A stretch of DNA of 64,000 nt from an uncultured bacterium. GTDB taxonomy: Bacteria > Chlamydiota > Chlamydiia > Chlamydiales > CAZBXE01. The translations under genes were made by a program, and so were the position numbers. The DNA lies in assembly GCA_964496125.1 (NCBI GenBank), contig CAZBXE010000005.1, positions 86,084-150,083 on the forward strand, in the 5' to 3' direction. Positions 1 through 8,551 of the stretch are shown piece by piece. The notes beneath the pieces are model-generated. The model saw only the letters and a list, made by a program, of their open reading frames with translations, had not been told where the DNA came from and made no database searches. Every line of letters begins with the position of its first letter. Position 1 is the first letter of the stretch.

Positions 1-68
1 TTCGCTAGTATAAATATTAGTTAAAACTGATAATGAAATTTTGAAAGTGAAACAAGAAGTTCTAGTTT

Positions 69-1379
69 ATGAGGCTTTGGGAAGAATTCCTGAAAGAACA
101 GGCTCGTCAGATAGGTGCGGAGACGGTTGCTAAATGGTTGCAGCCGTTGAAAGTCAAGAAATATGACGCTGCTAATCTCTACTTAGAAGCAAGTGATGCC
201 CTTTTTGCTCTTTGGTTTGAAGAGCATATCCGGCCCAAGCTTGGCAAGAAATTCTGCAACAACAACGGACGCCCCATTAGGGTCCACCTTTCTTTTCCCT
301 CTGAAAGAAAACAACCAGCTCGAGAATGGAAAAAAGAAGAACCAGATTGGAGAATAGACTCTCTGGACCCTAGTTTTACCTTAGAACAATTTGTGCTCTC
401 AGAAAAAAACCTTCTTGTCCATCGCCTTATCTATCAACTCGTAGCAGAAAAAACATCAGGATCAGAGCTTGGTGCCTTTAATCCCATTTATATCCATGGT
501 CCTGTAGGAACTGGTAAGACCCACCTTCTCATAGCTATCGCGCATGCGCTTAAAAATCAGGGACTTCACGTTCTCTATTGTAGATCGGAGACATTTACAG
601 ATCACGTGGTAAAAGCCATCCGGTCAAGCTCGATGAAGGAGTTTCGAAAAATCTATAGAAACGTGGATGTACTTCTTCTAGATAATGTACAAAGTTTTAG
701 TGGTAAGAAGGCAACGCAAGAAGAACTTTTTCACACCTTCAATGAACTTCATCTTGCAGGAAAGCAGATTGTCATGGCAGCAGACGTTGCCCCGAGAGAA
801 TTGAAGGATATAGAACCGCGGCTTGTGAGCCGCTTTGAGTGGGGTATTGTTCTTAGTGTTGAGCTTTTGTCAAAAAGTGAACAGGCAACGATGCTGGAGA
901 ATAAGTGCCAACACTTTCAACTGCACCTGAATGAGAAAGTATGCGCCTATTTGCAAGATACATTTACTAGCTCGACAAAATCTCTGGTTAAGGCAGTAGA
1001 AGCTTTAGTGCTACGTACAGAAGCAAAACCTACTCCCACATCTCCACAAGCCGCGCGTGAGATGCTTTCTGATCTGATTCTAGAAGAGGAAAAGAGCCGC
1101 ATTAACCCAGAGAAGATTCTGCTAACCGTTTCAGAAAAATTTGGGATGAAGATAGAAGAGCTTACTGGAAAAACACAAAAGAAAGAATGCACCATTCCCA
1201 GGCAAATTGCGATGTACCTTTGTCGCGATGTACTACGTCTTCCCTTCATGAAAATAGGCGATCTTTTCAGTCGCGACCACTCCACAGTGATGTCTAGCAT
1301 CAAGATTGTGAAGGAGGAAATAGAGGGGGGGAACAAGGAAATTTCGACAATTTTAAGAAGTATCCATAACAAATTGTAG
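69..1379 (+). CDS. dnaA: Chromosomal replication initiator DnaA
   Basis: 436-aa ORF. AAA+ Walker A GPVGTGKTHLL, Walker B-like VLLLDNVQ, and a C-terminal DnaA-box-binding HTH (IPRQIAMYLCR...DHSTVMSS). Confidence 0.95.
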   Translation: MRLWEEFLKEQARQIGAETVAKWLQPLKVKKYDAANLYLEASDALFALWFEEHIRPKLGKKFCNNNGRPIRVHLSFPSERKQPAREWKKEEPDWRIDSLDPSFTLEQFVLSEKNLLVHRLIYQLVAEKTSGSELGAFNPIYIHGPVGTGKTHLLIAIAHALKNQGLHVLYCRSETFTDHVVKAIRSSSMKEFRKIYRNVDVLLLDNVQSFSGKKATQEELFHTFNELHLAGKQIVMAADVAPRELKDIEPRLVSRFEWGIVLSVELLSKSEQATMLENKCQHFQLHLNEKVCAYLQDTFTSSTKSLVKAVEALVLRTEAKPTPTSPQAAREMLSDLILEEEKSRINPEKILLTVSEKFGMKIEELTGKTQKKECTIPRQIAMYLCRDVLRLPFMKIGDLFSRDHSTVMSSIKIVKEEIEGGNKEISTILRSIHNKL

Positions 1380-1415
1380 AATAATCAGCGATATGCTACA
1401 CTTTCGTTATCTTTT

Positions 1416-1490
1416 CGGAGCATAGCGCAGCTTGGCTAGCGCGGCTGCTTTGGGAGCAGTAGGTCGGGGGTTCAAATCCCTCTGCTCCGA
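1416..1490 (+). tRNA. tRNA-Pro (anticodon TGG)
   Basis: Hand-folded 75-nt cloverleaf. Acceptor CGGAGCA/TGCTCCG is perfect; D stem GCGC/GCGC; anticodon stem GCTGC/GCAGT with loop TTTGGGA (anticodon TGG, G37); T arm GGGGG-TTCAAAT-CCCTC; discriminator A. No encoded CCA. Confidence 0.9.
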
Positions 1491-1500
1491 ACCCCAAAAA

Positions 1501-1535
1501 CCCTTACCTAGTAAGATAGGTAAGGGTTTTTTTTT
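1501..1535 (+). terminator. Rho-independent terminator after tRNA-Pro
   Basis: CCCTTACCTA-gtaaga-TAGGTAAGGG hairpin followed by a run of 9 T. Confidence 0.8.
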
Positions 1536-1568
1536 GTCTTTACGCTTTCTTTACTATGATCACGTACA

Positions 1569-2045
1569 ATGTGTTGCATGGATTTTTCAATAAAAGCCTC
1601 TACGCCGCATCAATCTCTCGGAGCTCAACTTAGTAAAAAACACCTAGCCCTTGCACTCCAGTGTATGGCTCTGCAAAAAGCTATAGGGCTGTCGGCTTTG
1701 GCACGAAGTCACGTTCGGTGGCATCTTTGGATAGGCGCAGCGGAAAGCTTGCCTATCGTTGGCGAGGTGATTGCTTGCTGTGATCTCTATTGGAACAGCA
1801 AGAAGATTGAGGTCATCAATTGTGAGTTGCCCGGCAATACAATTACTTTTATTTCTAGCTATCGTCTTGCTGCTCGCCATTTGGCTCTTGTCGCAATGCA
1901 CCTTCATATTAAGAAGGTCGACCACTCTTCGCTTCTTTCACCTGCAGAGGTAAGAATCCATCTGAAGCAGGCTGCTTTAAATCTCATACCCTTTTATGGC
2001 AGGATTCAGACAAAAAAAGAAATTGATGCTCAAAAAAAAAGGTAA
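1569..2045 (+). CDS. Hypothetical protein (158 aa)
   Basis: Only long ORF in this interval, with no recognisable motif. It is followed by an AAAAAGGT/ACCTTTTT hairpin. Confidence 0.5.
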   Translation: MCCMDFSIKASTPHQSLGAQLSKKHLALALQCMALQKAIGLSALARSHVRWHLWIGAAESLPIVGEVIACCDLYWNSKKIEVINCELPGNTITFISSYRLAARHLALVAMHLHIKKVDHSSLLSPAEVRIHLKQAALNLIPFYGRIQTKKEIDAQKKR

Positions 2046-2079
2046 GACCTTTTTTTCCTTTTATGCTAAAGTGTAGATC

Positions 2080-2952
2080 ATGAGCCTGCTTGCCTTTGTA
2101 CGTTGGAATCCGCCTAGAGAAATTTTTACGATACCCTTTGTTGAGAGACCAGTTGTCTTTTATGGCTTTTTCTTTGCTCTTGGTTTTTTAATGGGCTATT
2201 TGCTTGTCATTAAAATGTTGACTCGTTTTTTTCAAGAGGAGGGCACAATAAAAGATCCAGCCAACCTAGCTACACGGATTGCCGACAGGCTTTGTTGGTA
2301 TATCGTTGCTGGAACGATCATTGGCTCACGCCTCGGGTATGTTTTTTTCTATGGGCAAGACTACTATTTTAACCATCCCCTCGATATTTTAAAAATCTGG
2401 GAAGGAGGCCTTGCCAGTCATGGAGGTGCTGTTGGCGTGATTTTGTCTCTTTATTTGATCACCCGTTGGGTAAAATCACAAGTGCCTACTTTTACATTTT
2501 TTAGGATTCTTGATTTGATTGTAGTACCAACAGCACTTGTTGCTTTCTGCATACGTGTTGGTAATTTTTTTAATCAAGAAATCTTGGGTATGCCTACAAC
2601 CCTTCCTTGGGCAGTCATCTTTGAAAATCCTGCAGATAGAAGTTTGGTGGTCCCCCGTCACCCTGTCCAGTTGTACGAGGGATTTGCTTACCTTGCCACC
2701 TTTTTTCTTCTTCTCTACCTTTGGCAGACAAAAGGGAAAAACATGGTGGCTGGAAGACTGACCGGCATTTTCTTTGTTCTTATTTTCCTTAGCCGATTCT
2801 TTGCTGAATTTGTAAAGTCCTCTCAGCACGGTTTTCTTGAGACAAGCTGGCTTAGCACAGGTCAGTGGTTAAGCATTCCCTTTATTTTAGGAGGTCTTAT
2901 CCTCGCTTGGGGAGTTTCTAATGACAAGAAGGCTTTTGAGCCAAGCTCTTAG
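2080..2952 (+). CDS. lgt: Prolipoprotein diacylglyceryl transferase
   Basis: 290-aa polytopic membrane protein with Lgt signatures: IWEGGLASHGGAVG, RVGNFFNQE, HPVQLYE. Confidence 0.9.
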   Translation: MSLLAFVRWNPPREIFTIPFVERPVVFYGFFFALGFLMGYLLVIKMLTRFFQEEGTIKDPANLATRIADRLCWYIVAGTIIGSRLGYVFFYGQDYYFNHPLDILKIWEGGLASHGGAVGVILSLYLITRWVKSQVPTFTFFRILDLIVVPTALVAFCIRVGNFFNQEILGMPTTLPWAVIFENPADRSLVVPRHPVQLYEGFAYLATFFLLLYLWQTKGKNMVAGRLTGIFFVLIFLSRFFAEFVKSSQHGFLETSWLSTGQWLSIPFILGGLILAWGVSNDKKAFEPSS

Positions 2953-2953
2953 T

Positions 2954-3129
2954 TTGCTTTTGTTCGAATCGGGGAAATTGAGTAAAGGTGGATGAAGGAA
3001 CGGGTGATTTACAACACATATTACGAGCATTTTGAAGAGTTTAAAGGTGCGATTCTTGGGTTCTTTGCCATTTTGTCAACCCTGACTCTTGAGTCGACCT
3101 TAGGTCAGTCGTTGAGAACAGGAAGGTAA
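2954..3129 (+). pseudogene. IS630-family-like transposase C-terminal remnant
   Basis: Frame reads FAFVRIGEIE*RWMKERVIYNTYYEHFEEFKGAILGFF...*. The (L)W-K-x-V-x-YN-x-YY-x-F-x-EF-x-x-A-x-x-FF tail is typical of IS630/DDE_3 transposase C-termini. It is interrupted by an in-frame stop and has no upstream catalytic domain. Confidence 0.5.
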
Positions 3130-3132
3130 CCT

Positions 3133-3783
3133 ATGAAAAAAGTCATTCTTATATTTCAGCTTGTTGTCGCTCAATCTTTTTTTGGAGGAGAGATCCTCTA
3201 CGAGACAAAACAAGGTGAAGAGATATTTCCTTTTGTAAACCAGATTGTTACACTTTGTACCAGCGTGTATAGCGAGTATCCTTATTTGTATGATGGGAAT
3301 AGTGAACAAGATGAATATGCAACGTATCTTGCGGGTTATGCTGGATCAGAGAAAGGGATCGCAGCGCTTGCCTTTGACGGTTCTAGGCTAATTGGAGCAG
3401 CCCTTGGCAAGCCGATGGCGGAAAAAACGGGGGGGTATATCAAATCACTTATACCAAGCGAGATCCCCTCTTCTTTTTATTTAGGTGAATTGGTTATCGA
3501 CTCTGCCTTTCGAGGGATGGGGATTGGCACACGTCTCTATCATGATTTTGAAGAGAGAGTGAATAATTTCGAAAGCTATTCCCTAATCTGGTTTGCCGAA
3601 ATTGACGCAGAAAAAGTAGCTGTGGCACCTCCTGCAGGTTACGTCGGTAACGATCTTTTTTGGCAAGCCCTTGGATTTCAAAAGAAAGAATGTCTTTTTT
3701 TTACAGTTCCTTGGCTGAACGTGGGAGATTTTCAAGATTCAGAGCATACCCTCTATTACTGGTCGCTTGCGCTTAAGCGCTAA
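3133..3783 (+). CDS. GNAT-family N-acetyltransferase
   Basis: 216 aa with acetyl-CoA motif A (LVIDSAFRGMGIGTRLY), an AGGAAGG Shine-Dalgarno sequence, and a hydrophobic N-terminus. Confidence 0.75.
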   Translation: MKKVILIFQLVVAQSFFGGEILYETKQGEEIFPFVNQIVTLCTSVYSEYPYLYDGNSEQDEYATYLAGYAGSEKGIAALAFDGSRLIGAALGKPMAEKTGGYIKSLIPSEIPSSFYLGELVIDSAFRGMGIGTRLYHDFEERVNNFESYSLIWFAEIDAEKVAVAPPAGYVGNDLFWQALGFQKKECLFFTVPWLNVGDFQDSEHTLYYWSLALKR

Positions 3784-3920
3784 GTTTGTGGAATATAGCC
3801 CTCCCCTCTCCCGCTCGGATTAGCTGACCATAAAGAGACATCAATAGACGAAAATATTTAGGGCTAATACAGTTCAAAATCTCTAGCTCATGGGGGTCAA
3901 TCTTTACTTTAGACTTGCCC

Positions 3921-3937
3921 TTGCTTTTGTTCGAATC
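3921..3937 (+). repeat. 17-nt exact direct repeat of 2954-2970 (TTGCTTTTGTTCGAATC)
   Basis: An identical 17-mer occurs on both sides of the GNAT gene. The first copy is the start of the IS630-like remnant. Confidence 0.8.
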
Positions 3938-4001
3938 TTAATGCATCCTAAATGAAAATAATCCATAATATCTGCGAACAGACAACAATAAGGAGGTAAT
4001 C

Positions 4002-4493
4002 ATGGCAAACCCACAGCTCCCGCTCACCCCACAGCAAAGAACACAATTTGCTGAACTGCTCTATAAATCCAATCCAAGATTGCTAACTGTCGATCGCAGA
4101 GGGAATCTGACCGTCCGCTCCTCTTTGAACATCGTTGGCCGTTTTTGGTCTTGGATTAAAAGCTTTGTCTCAGACTCGGAAACAAAAGCTGTTCGAAATG
4201 CTGTATCAGCAGTTTTTCTTTCCTACAAAAATGATGCGATCGATTTCTATGGGTCCCCATTAGGAATGGTTGCCAGGTTTTTTGGTTCTACACCTGAAGG
4301 CGCTTTTCTTGTCAAAAAAGGAAAGGTAAAAGTAGTTGTAGGTTGGGATGAACTTGCAAAAAAGATCACTCCTTACTACAGAAATGACCTGGAACTAAGG
4401 ACGCTGATCGCAAAAGCTGAACATTTTGCAAACGGTGTAAGACTGTCACTAGCGGATGGAGCAACTGACGTTTGGTCAACACAAAAGATCTAA
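4002..4493 (+). CDS. Hypothetical protein (163 aa)
   Basis: Strong AAGGAGG Shine-Dalgarno 7 nt upstream of the ATG. No recognisable motif. Confidence 0.65.
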   Translation: MANPQLPLTPQQRTQFAELLYKSNPRLLTVDRRGNLTVRSSLNIVGRFWSWIKSFVSDSETKAVRNAVSAVFLSYKNDAIDFYGSPLGMVARFFGSTPEGAFLVKKGKVKVVVGWDELAKKITPYYRNDLELRTLIAKAEHFANGVRLSLADGATDVWSTQKI

Positions 4494-4503
4494 ATCTATG
4501 ATT

Positions 4504-4525
4504 CAGAGACTAGAAATGGTCTCTG
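4504..4525. terminator. Bidirectional hairpin between convergent genes
   Basis: CAGAGAC-tagaaatg-GTCTCTG followed by a T-rich tract. It lies between the stop codons of the 4002-4493 (+) and adk (-) genes. Confidence 0.55.
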
Positions 4526-4531
4526 GTTTAT

Positions 4532-5131
4532 TTATTTCTGTATAAGCTCGTTCAATACATCGCGAACAACTTCTAGCTTAGATTGTGATGCGTTCACCCG
4601 CGAGATGATTTCTTTTGGGTAGTGTTTAAGAACCGCAGCTGTTTGCGAATCGTAAACTTGCATTCTCGTCTCTAAGACTGCGCGGTCCATATCATCCATT
4701 CTCCTTTCAATGAACGCCCTGGCCTGAAGGCGCTTAATGAGCTGCTCTTTGTCTTTGACTTCGAGAACAATGATGCGCTCTACTTGAATGTAGGGTGTAA
4801 ACGCTTTCACTTGGGGTTCCGTCCGAGGAACTCCATCGAGCAGCAAACGCTGCTTCTCGGGGAAGAAGCGGTTCGTTGCAATCAGGCCCTGAACATAGTT
4901 ATGCCATATGGTAACTGTAACATCATCTGGAACAAGCTCCCCTTTCCCTGCGTATTGGTAAAAGATCTTTCCATTCGGCGACTCTTTAGAAAGGCCCCTG
5001 AAAATATCTCCTGAAGAAAGGTGGTAAAACTCATCAAAGGCGCTCAAGAAAGCACTGACTGTACCCTTACCGGACCCTGGTGGGCCAAAAATCACAATCG
5101 AACGAAATTTTTCTTTGTCATTCTCAAGCAT
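4532..5131 (-). CDS. adk: Adenylate kinase family protein
   Basis: P-loop FGPPGSGKGT, HLSSGDIFR (NMP-binding), LLDGVPRT, and an R..R....DD lid region. I moved the start to the internal Met (MLENDKEKF) because the upstream 13 codons look non-native. Confidence 0.8.
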   Translation of the reverse strand: MLENDKEKFRSIVIFGPPGSGKGTVSAFLSAFDEFYHLSSGDIFRGLSKESPNGKIFYQYAGKGELVPDDVTVTIWHNYVQGLIATNRFFPEKQRLLLDGVPRTEPQVKAFTPYIQVERIIVLEVKDKEQLIKRLQARAFIERRMDDMDRAVLETRMQVYDSQTAAVLKHYPKEIISRVNASQSKLEVVRDVLNELIQK

Positions 5132-5270
5132 AAGTGAAGTATAGGGGATAGGGAGACAAAAAAACAACATGAAAAATAGAGTGGTACTGTCTTTGCGTAT
5201 TCTTGTTGTGCAGTCCTTGATTCATATCAAATAGTACTGTACAATATACACAAATAAGCTGAGGTTTCGA

Positions 5271-5537
5271 GTGGGTAAGATAGTTTTTGAAAATAATGAC
5301 GAAGAAGCAGATGTTGAGGATGGCGAGAGAATCGCAGAAGCATGTGAAGAAATGGGAGTCCCCTTTGCCTGCACGGAAGGGGTATGCGGAACGTGTGTCA
5401 TCGAGGTGGTCGAAGGGATGGAAAACTTAAATCCACCCACCCAAGAAGAAATGGATTTTCTAGGTGACGATACATGCAAAGAACGACTTGCCTGCCAGTG
5501 CAGATTAAAGGGAAACACAATAACTATTACTTTCTAG
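5271..5537 (+). CDS. [2Fe-2S] ferredoxin-like protein
   Basis: 88 aa with a GTG start after GAGG. Cys pattern CTEGVCGTC...C.C is typical of plant-type 2Fe-2S ferredoxin folds. Confidence 0.75.
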   Translation: MGKIVFENNDEEADVEDGERIAEACEEMGVPFACTEGVCGTCVIEVVEGMENLNPPTQEEMDFLGDDTCKERLACQCRLKGNTITITF

Positions 5538-5544
5538 AGGAACT

Positions 5545-6102
5545 ATGGCAAAAATTCATAAAGACATGACAATTGATGAGATCATTTCCCTCTTTCCTAA
5601 CAAAGCGGAAAAGTTAACACAGGCAATTGCGGCCGCAGGTCTTCACTGTGTAGGTTGCCACGCAGCCACCTGGGAAACGCTCGAAGTAGGCATGCTCAGT
5701 CATGGCAAGACTGAACCTGAAATGAATGCGCTCATTAAGAAACTAAACGCTTTGCTAGAAGAAGAGGTTGATATGTCTACGATCAGTATGACGCAGGCGG
5801 CCGCAGAGCGCTTTTCCGCATATGCTACTGAAGAAGGAAAAAAAGGGTGGCACTTACGTCTTGGCGAAAAGATGGCAGGCTGTAATGGATTTGAATATGA
5901 ACTCTCCTACTCTGAAAAAGCGAGCGCTGATGACACCATTTTCCCCTCACAGGGGCTGGAGATCCACGTCAAAAAGTACTTAGTTCCAAGATTTCTCGGG
6001 ATTGAGATTGACTTTGTGGAGGGCTTAAACGGTGGGGGTTTCAAAATTAGCAATCCGAATGTGAAATCAGCCTGCGGTTGTGGCACTTCTCACGGCTATT
6101 AA
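5545..6102 (+). CDS. DUF1858 (redox-disulfide CxxC domain) fused to an IscA/HesB-type Fe-S cluster carrier
   Basis: The N-terminal MTIDEII..P.......GLHCVGCHAA.WETLE..MLSHG matches the hybrid-cluster-protein-associated redox disulfide domain. The C-terminal half has the HesB/IscA signature (GCNGF...SACGCGTSH). Confidence 0.75.
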   Translation: MAKIHKDMTIDEIISLFPNKAEKLTQAIAAAGLHCVGCHAATWETLEVGMLSHGKTEPEMNALIKKLNALLEEEVDMSTISMTQAAAERFSAYATEEGKKGWHLRLGEKMAGCNGFEYELSYSEKASADDTIFPSQGLEIHVKKYLVPRFLGIEIDFVEGLNGGGFKISNPNVKSACGCGTSHGY

Positions 6103-7451
6103 AATCCAAGCTGACAGGCTTCCTTGATCACCTCTGCGTAGTTGGGGTGGGTGTGAGGAGCATGAGCTATTTCGGCTAAGGTTACCTTCTTCTCAATGGC
6201 GATCACACCTTCCCCTATCATTTCGGAAACGTAGGGACCAACCATATGTAAACCTAAAAGAACACCAGTAGCTGCATCACCAATGACCTTGCACATTCCC
6301 TCTTCCTCACCTGAACATCGAGCTCTTGGATTTCCACGGAAGTAGGATGTGCCTATCTTAAGGGCAAAACCTGCTTTTTTTGCTTCTTCTTCTGTGAACC
6401 CAACAGAAACGGCCTCAGGTGACGTGTAGATCACACTTGGGATGGCGGCATAATTCACTCTGGAAGGGATTCCAGCCAGCTTCTCCACCACGGCTACGCC
6501 TTCGGCGTATGCCTTATGGGCGAGCATTGCGCCTCCAATCACATCCCCTACGGCAAAAATTGTAGGGACTTTTGTTCGAAGATCAGAATCCACTTCGATA
6601 AAACCTCTTGGGGTGAAGGTAACTCCAATTTTCTCAAGGCCCAGGTTCTTGGTATAAGGCGCCCTACCAATGGCTACAAGGACAACATCTCCATAGAGCG
6701 TTTCTTTACCTTCTAGATGAAGGGTTAAACCCTGTGTTTGAAGCTTTGCATTTTCTACCTTAGTACATAACGAAAAGACAAGTCCCTGCTTCTGCAAAAT
6801 AGTCCTCAGTGATTTTGAAACAGCCTCATCCATAAGAGGACAAATGCGATCTAGCATCTCCACTACATGCACTTTCGTTCCAAGTCGGTTATAGACAGAG
6901 CCTATTTCAAGACCAATGGCCCCTGCGCCAATGATCAACATAGTTTCGGGAACGCTTTTTAGAGCAAGTGCGCCGGTAGAGGAGAGCACAACCTTTTCAT
7001 CAAAGGGTAAAAAGGAAAGAGGCAAGGGAGCTGATCCACTGGCAAGAAGAAAGTACTTTGAGGTTAGGTGTTCGCTTCCAACAGCGACCGTAGTCTCAGA
7101 AGTAAAACGACACTCTCCTTTGATCCAAATAACGCCTGCTGCCTTAAACTCGTGCTCCACTCCCTTCACAAGTCCTGCTACTACTTCTTCTTTTCTTTTC
7201 ATCATTTTAGCAAAGTCAACGTGAAGTTCTCCCTGAATGCCATTGACATTTCCCTTATGCTTTAGGGAAGAGAGAAGTTCTGTGGAGGAAAGAAGGGCTT
7301 TTGAGGGTATGCAACCTACATTTAAGCAAGTCCCTCCAAGGGTGTTTTCTTTCTCAATGCAGGCAACCTTCATACCAAGCCGGGCAGCTCTACTTGCTGC
7401 CAAGTATCCCCCAGGCCCAGAACCTACGACTACAAGATCAAAAGCTTTCAA
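6099..7451 (-). CDS. lpdA: Dihydrolipoyl dehydrogenase (E3)
   Basis: FAD motif VVGSGPGG, redox-active disulfide [16 protein letters not shown] motif GAGAIGLE, and a C-terminal HAHPT-like HAPHTHP. Confidence 0.95.
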   Translation of the reverse strand: MKAFDLVVVGSGPGGYLAASRAARLGMKVACIEKENTLGGTCLNVGCIPSKALLSSTELLSSLKHKGNVNGIQGELHVDFAKMMKRKEEVVAGLVKGVEHEFKAAGVIWIKGECRFTSETTVAVGSEHLTSKYFLLASGSAPLPLSFLPFDEKVVLSSTGALALKSVPETMLIIGAGAIGLEIGSVYNRLGTKVHVVEMLDRICPLMDEAVSKSLRTILQKQGLVFSLCTKVENAKLQTQGLTLHLEGKETLYGDVVLVAIGRAPYTKNLGLEKIGVTFTPRGFIEVDSDLRTKVPTIFAVGDVIGGAMLAHKAYAEGVAVVEKLAGIPSRVNYAAIPSVIYTSPEAVSVGFTEEEAKKAGFALKIGTSYFRGNPRARCSGEEEGMCKVIGDAATGVLLGLHMVGPYVSEMIGEGVIAIEKKVTLAEIAHAPHTHPNYAEVIKEACQLGF

Positions 7452-8551
7452 AGCGGCTCCTCCAAAAGAAGACGCGTGGGATCTTCTAAGTGGTCTTTGA
7501 TGTGGACGAGGAAGGTCACTGCCTCTTTTCCATCGATGACCCTGTGATCATAAGTAAGCGCTAGATACATCATGGGGCGTATAACAATCTGATCATTTTC
7601 TACAACGGGCCGTTTTTCGATCTTGTGCATTCCAAGGATGGCACTCTGCGGTGGGTTAAGAAAGGGAGTTGACAGGAGAGATCCGTATACACCACCATTT
7701 GTAATCGTAAAAGTCCCCCCCTGTAGATCATCCGGGGCAATGGAGCCATCTTTTGCTTTTTTTGAAAATTCTACAATCGCGTGCTCAATGGTTGCAAAGT
7801 TCATCTTATCACAACCACGAAGCACTGGGACAAAAACTCCTTTCTCAGTGCCTACAGCAACACCAATATCAAAATAGTTGAATGTAACAAGATCGTCCCC
7901 TTCAATCATGCTGTTGACCTGGGGATACGCCTTGAGAGCAGAAAGGGAGGCTTTTATAAAAAAAGACATAAATCCAAGTTTTACCCCATTTTGCTTAAGA
8001 AACCTCTCCTTATGCTTATCTCTAGCAGCAAGGATGGCTGTCATGTCTACTTCATTGAAGGTAGTCAACATGGCCGTTTGTGCTTGCACTTCAAGTAGCC
8101 TATTCGCAATGACTTTTCGGATGCGGGATAATTTTTGTCTTGTGGACCCCCCTCCTTTTGCTTTGCTTGGAATCGGAAGAGGTTCTTTCAATGTTTTTGC
8201 CTGAAGTTCATGAGCAAAATCCTCTTTTGAGTATTGAATTTTATCTGTAGACAGGATGAGCGGCTTAGAAGGTTCTGGGGCAAGCTTTATTTCCTCTTTA
8301 GATCTGCTTAAGACTTCTCCAATTTGAATCTCTGCAAGTGGTTGATCTACTCTAACCTTTTCTCCTTTTTTGACAAGAAGATGTAAAATGCCTGTTTTCG
8401 AAGCATAAACTACTTGGTTAACCTTATCTGTTTCTAACTCCAAAATTTCATCATCAGCATGCACTGCAGCAGCTTCTTTCAAAAAAATCTCGCCTACAGT
8501 AGCTTCTGAAATCGATTCGCCCATTCTAGGCACTTTTATGACTTCTTTCAT
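7448..8551 (-). CDS. sucB: 2-oxoglutarate dehydrogenase E2 (dihydrolipoamide succinyltransferase)
   Basis: Lipoyl domain (ELETDKV), catalytic DHRVIDG motif, and 4-nt overlaps with both lpd and sucA. Confidence 0.9.
   Translation of the reverse strand: MKEVIKVPRMGESISEATVGEIFLKEAAAVHADDEILELETDKVNQVVYASKTGILHLLVKKGEKVRVDQPLAEIQIGEVLSRSKEEIKLAPEPSKPLILSTDKIQYSKEDFAHELQAKTLKEPLPIPSKAKGGGSTRQKLSRIRKVIANRLLEVQAQTAMLTTFNEVDMTAILAARDKHKERFLKQNGVKLGFMSFFIKASLSALKAYPQVNSMIEGDDLVTFNYFDIGVAVGTEKGVFVPVLRGCDKMNFATIEHAIVEFSKKAKDGSIAPDDLQGGTFTITNGGVYGSLLSTPFLNPPQSAILGMHKIEKRPVVENDQIVIRPMMYLALTYDHRVIDGKEAVTFLVHIKDHLEDPTRLLLEEPL

Noticed and set aside
1-68. oriC / DnaA-box cluster next to dnaA (also 1380-1568).
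   Set aside because: I could not find TTATCCACA-like 9-mers or an AT-rich unwinding repeat array in the short flanks visible here. The origin may lie upstream of the window.
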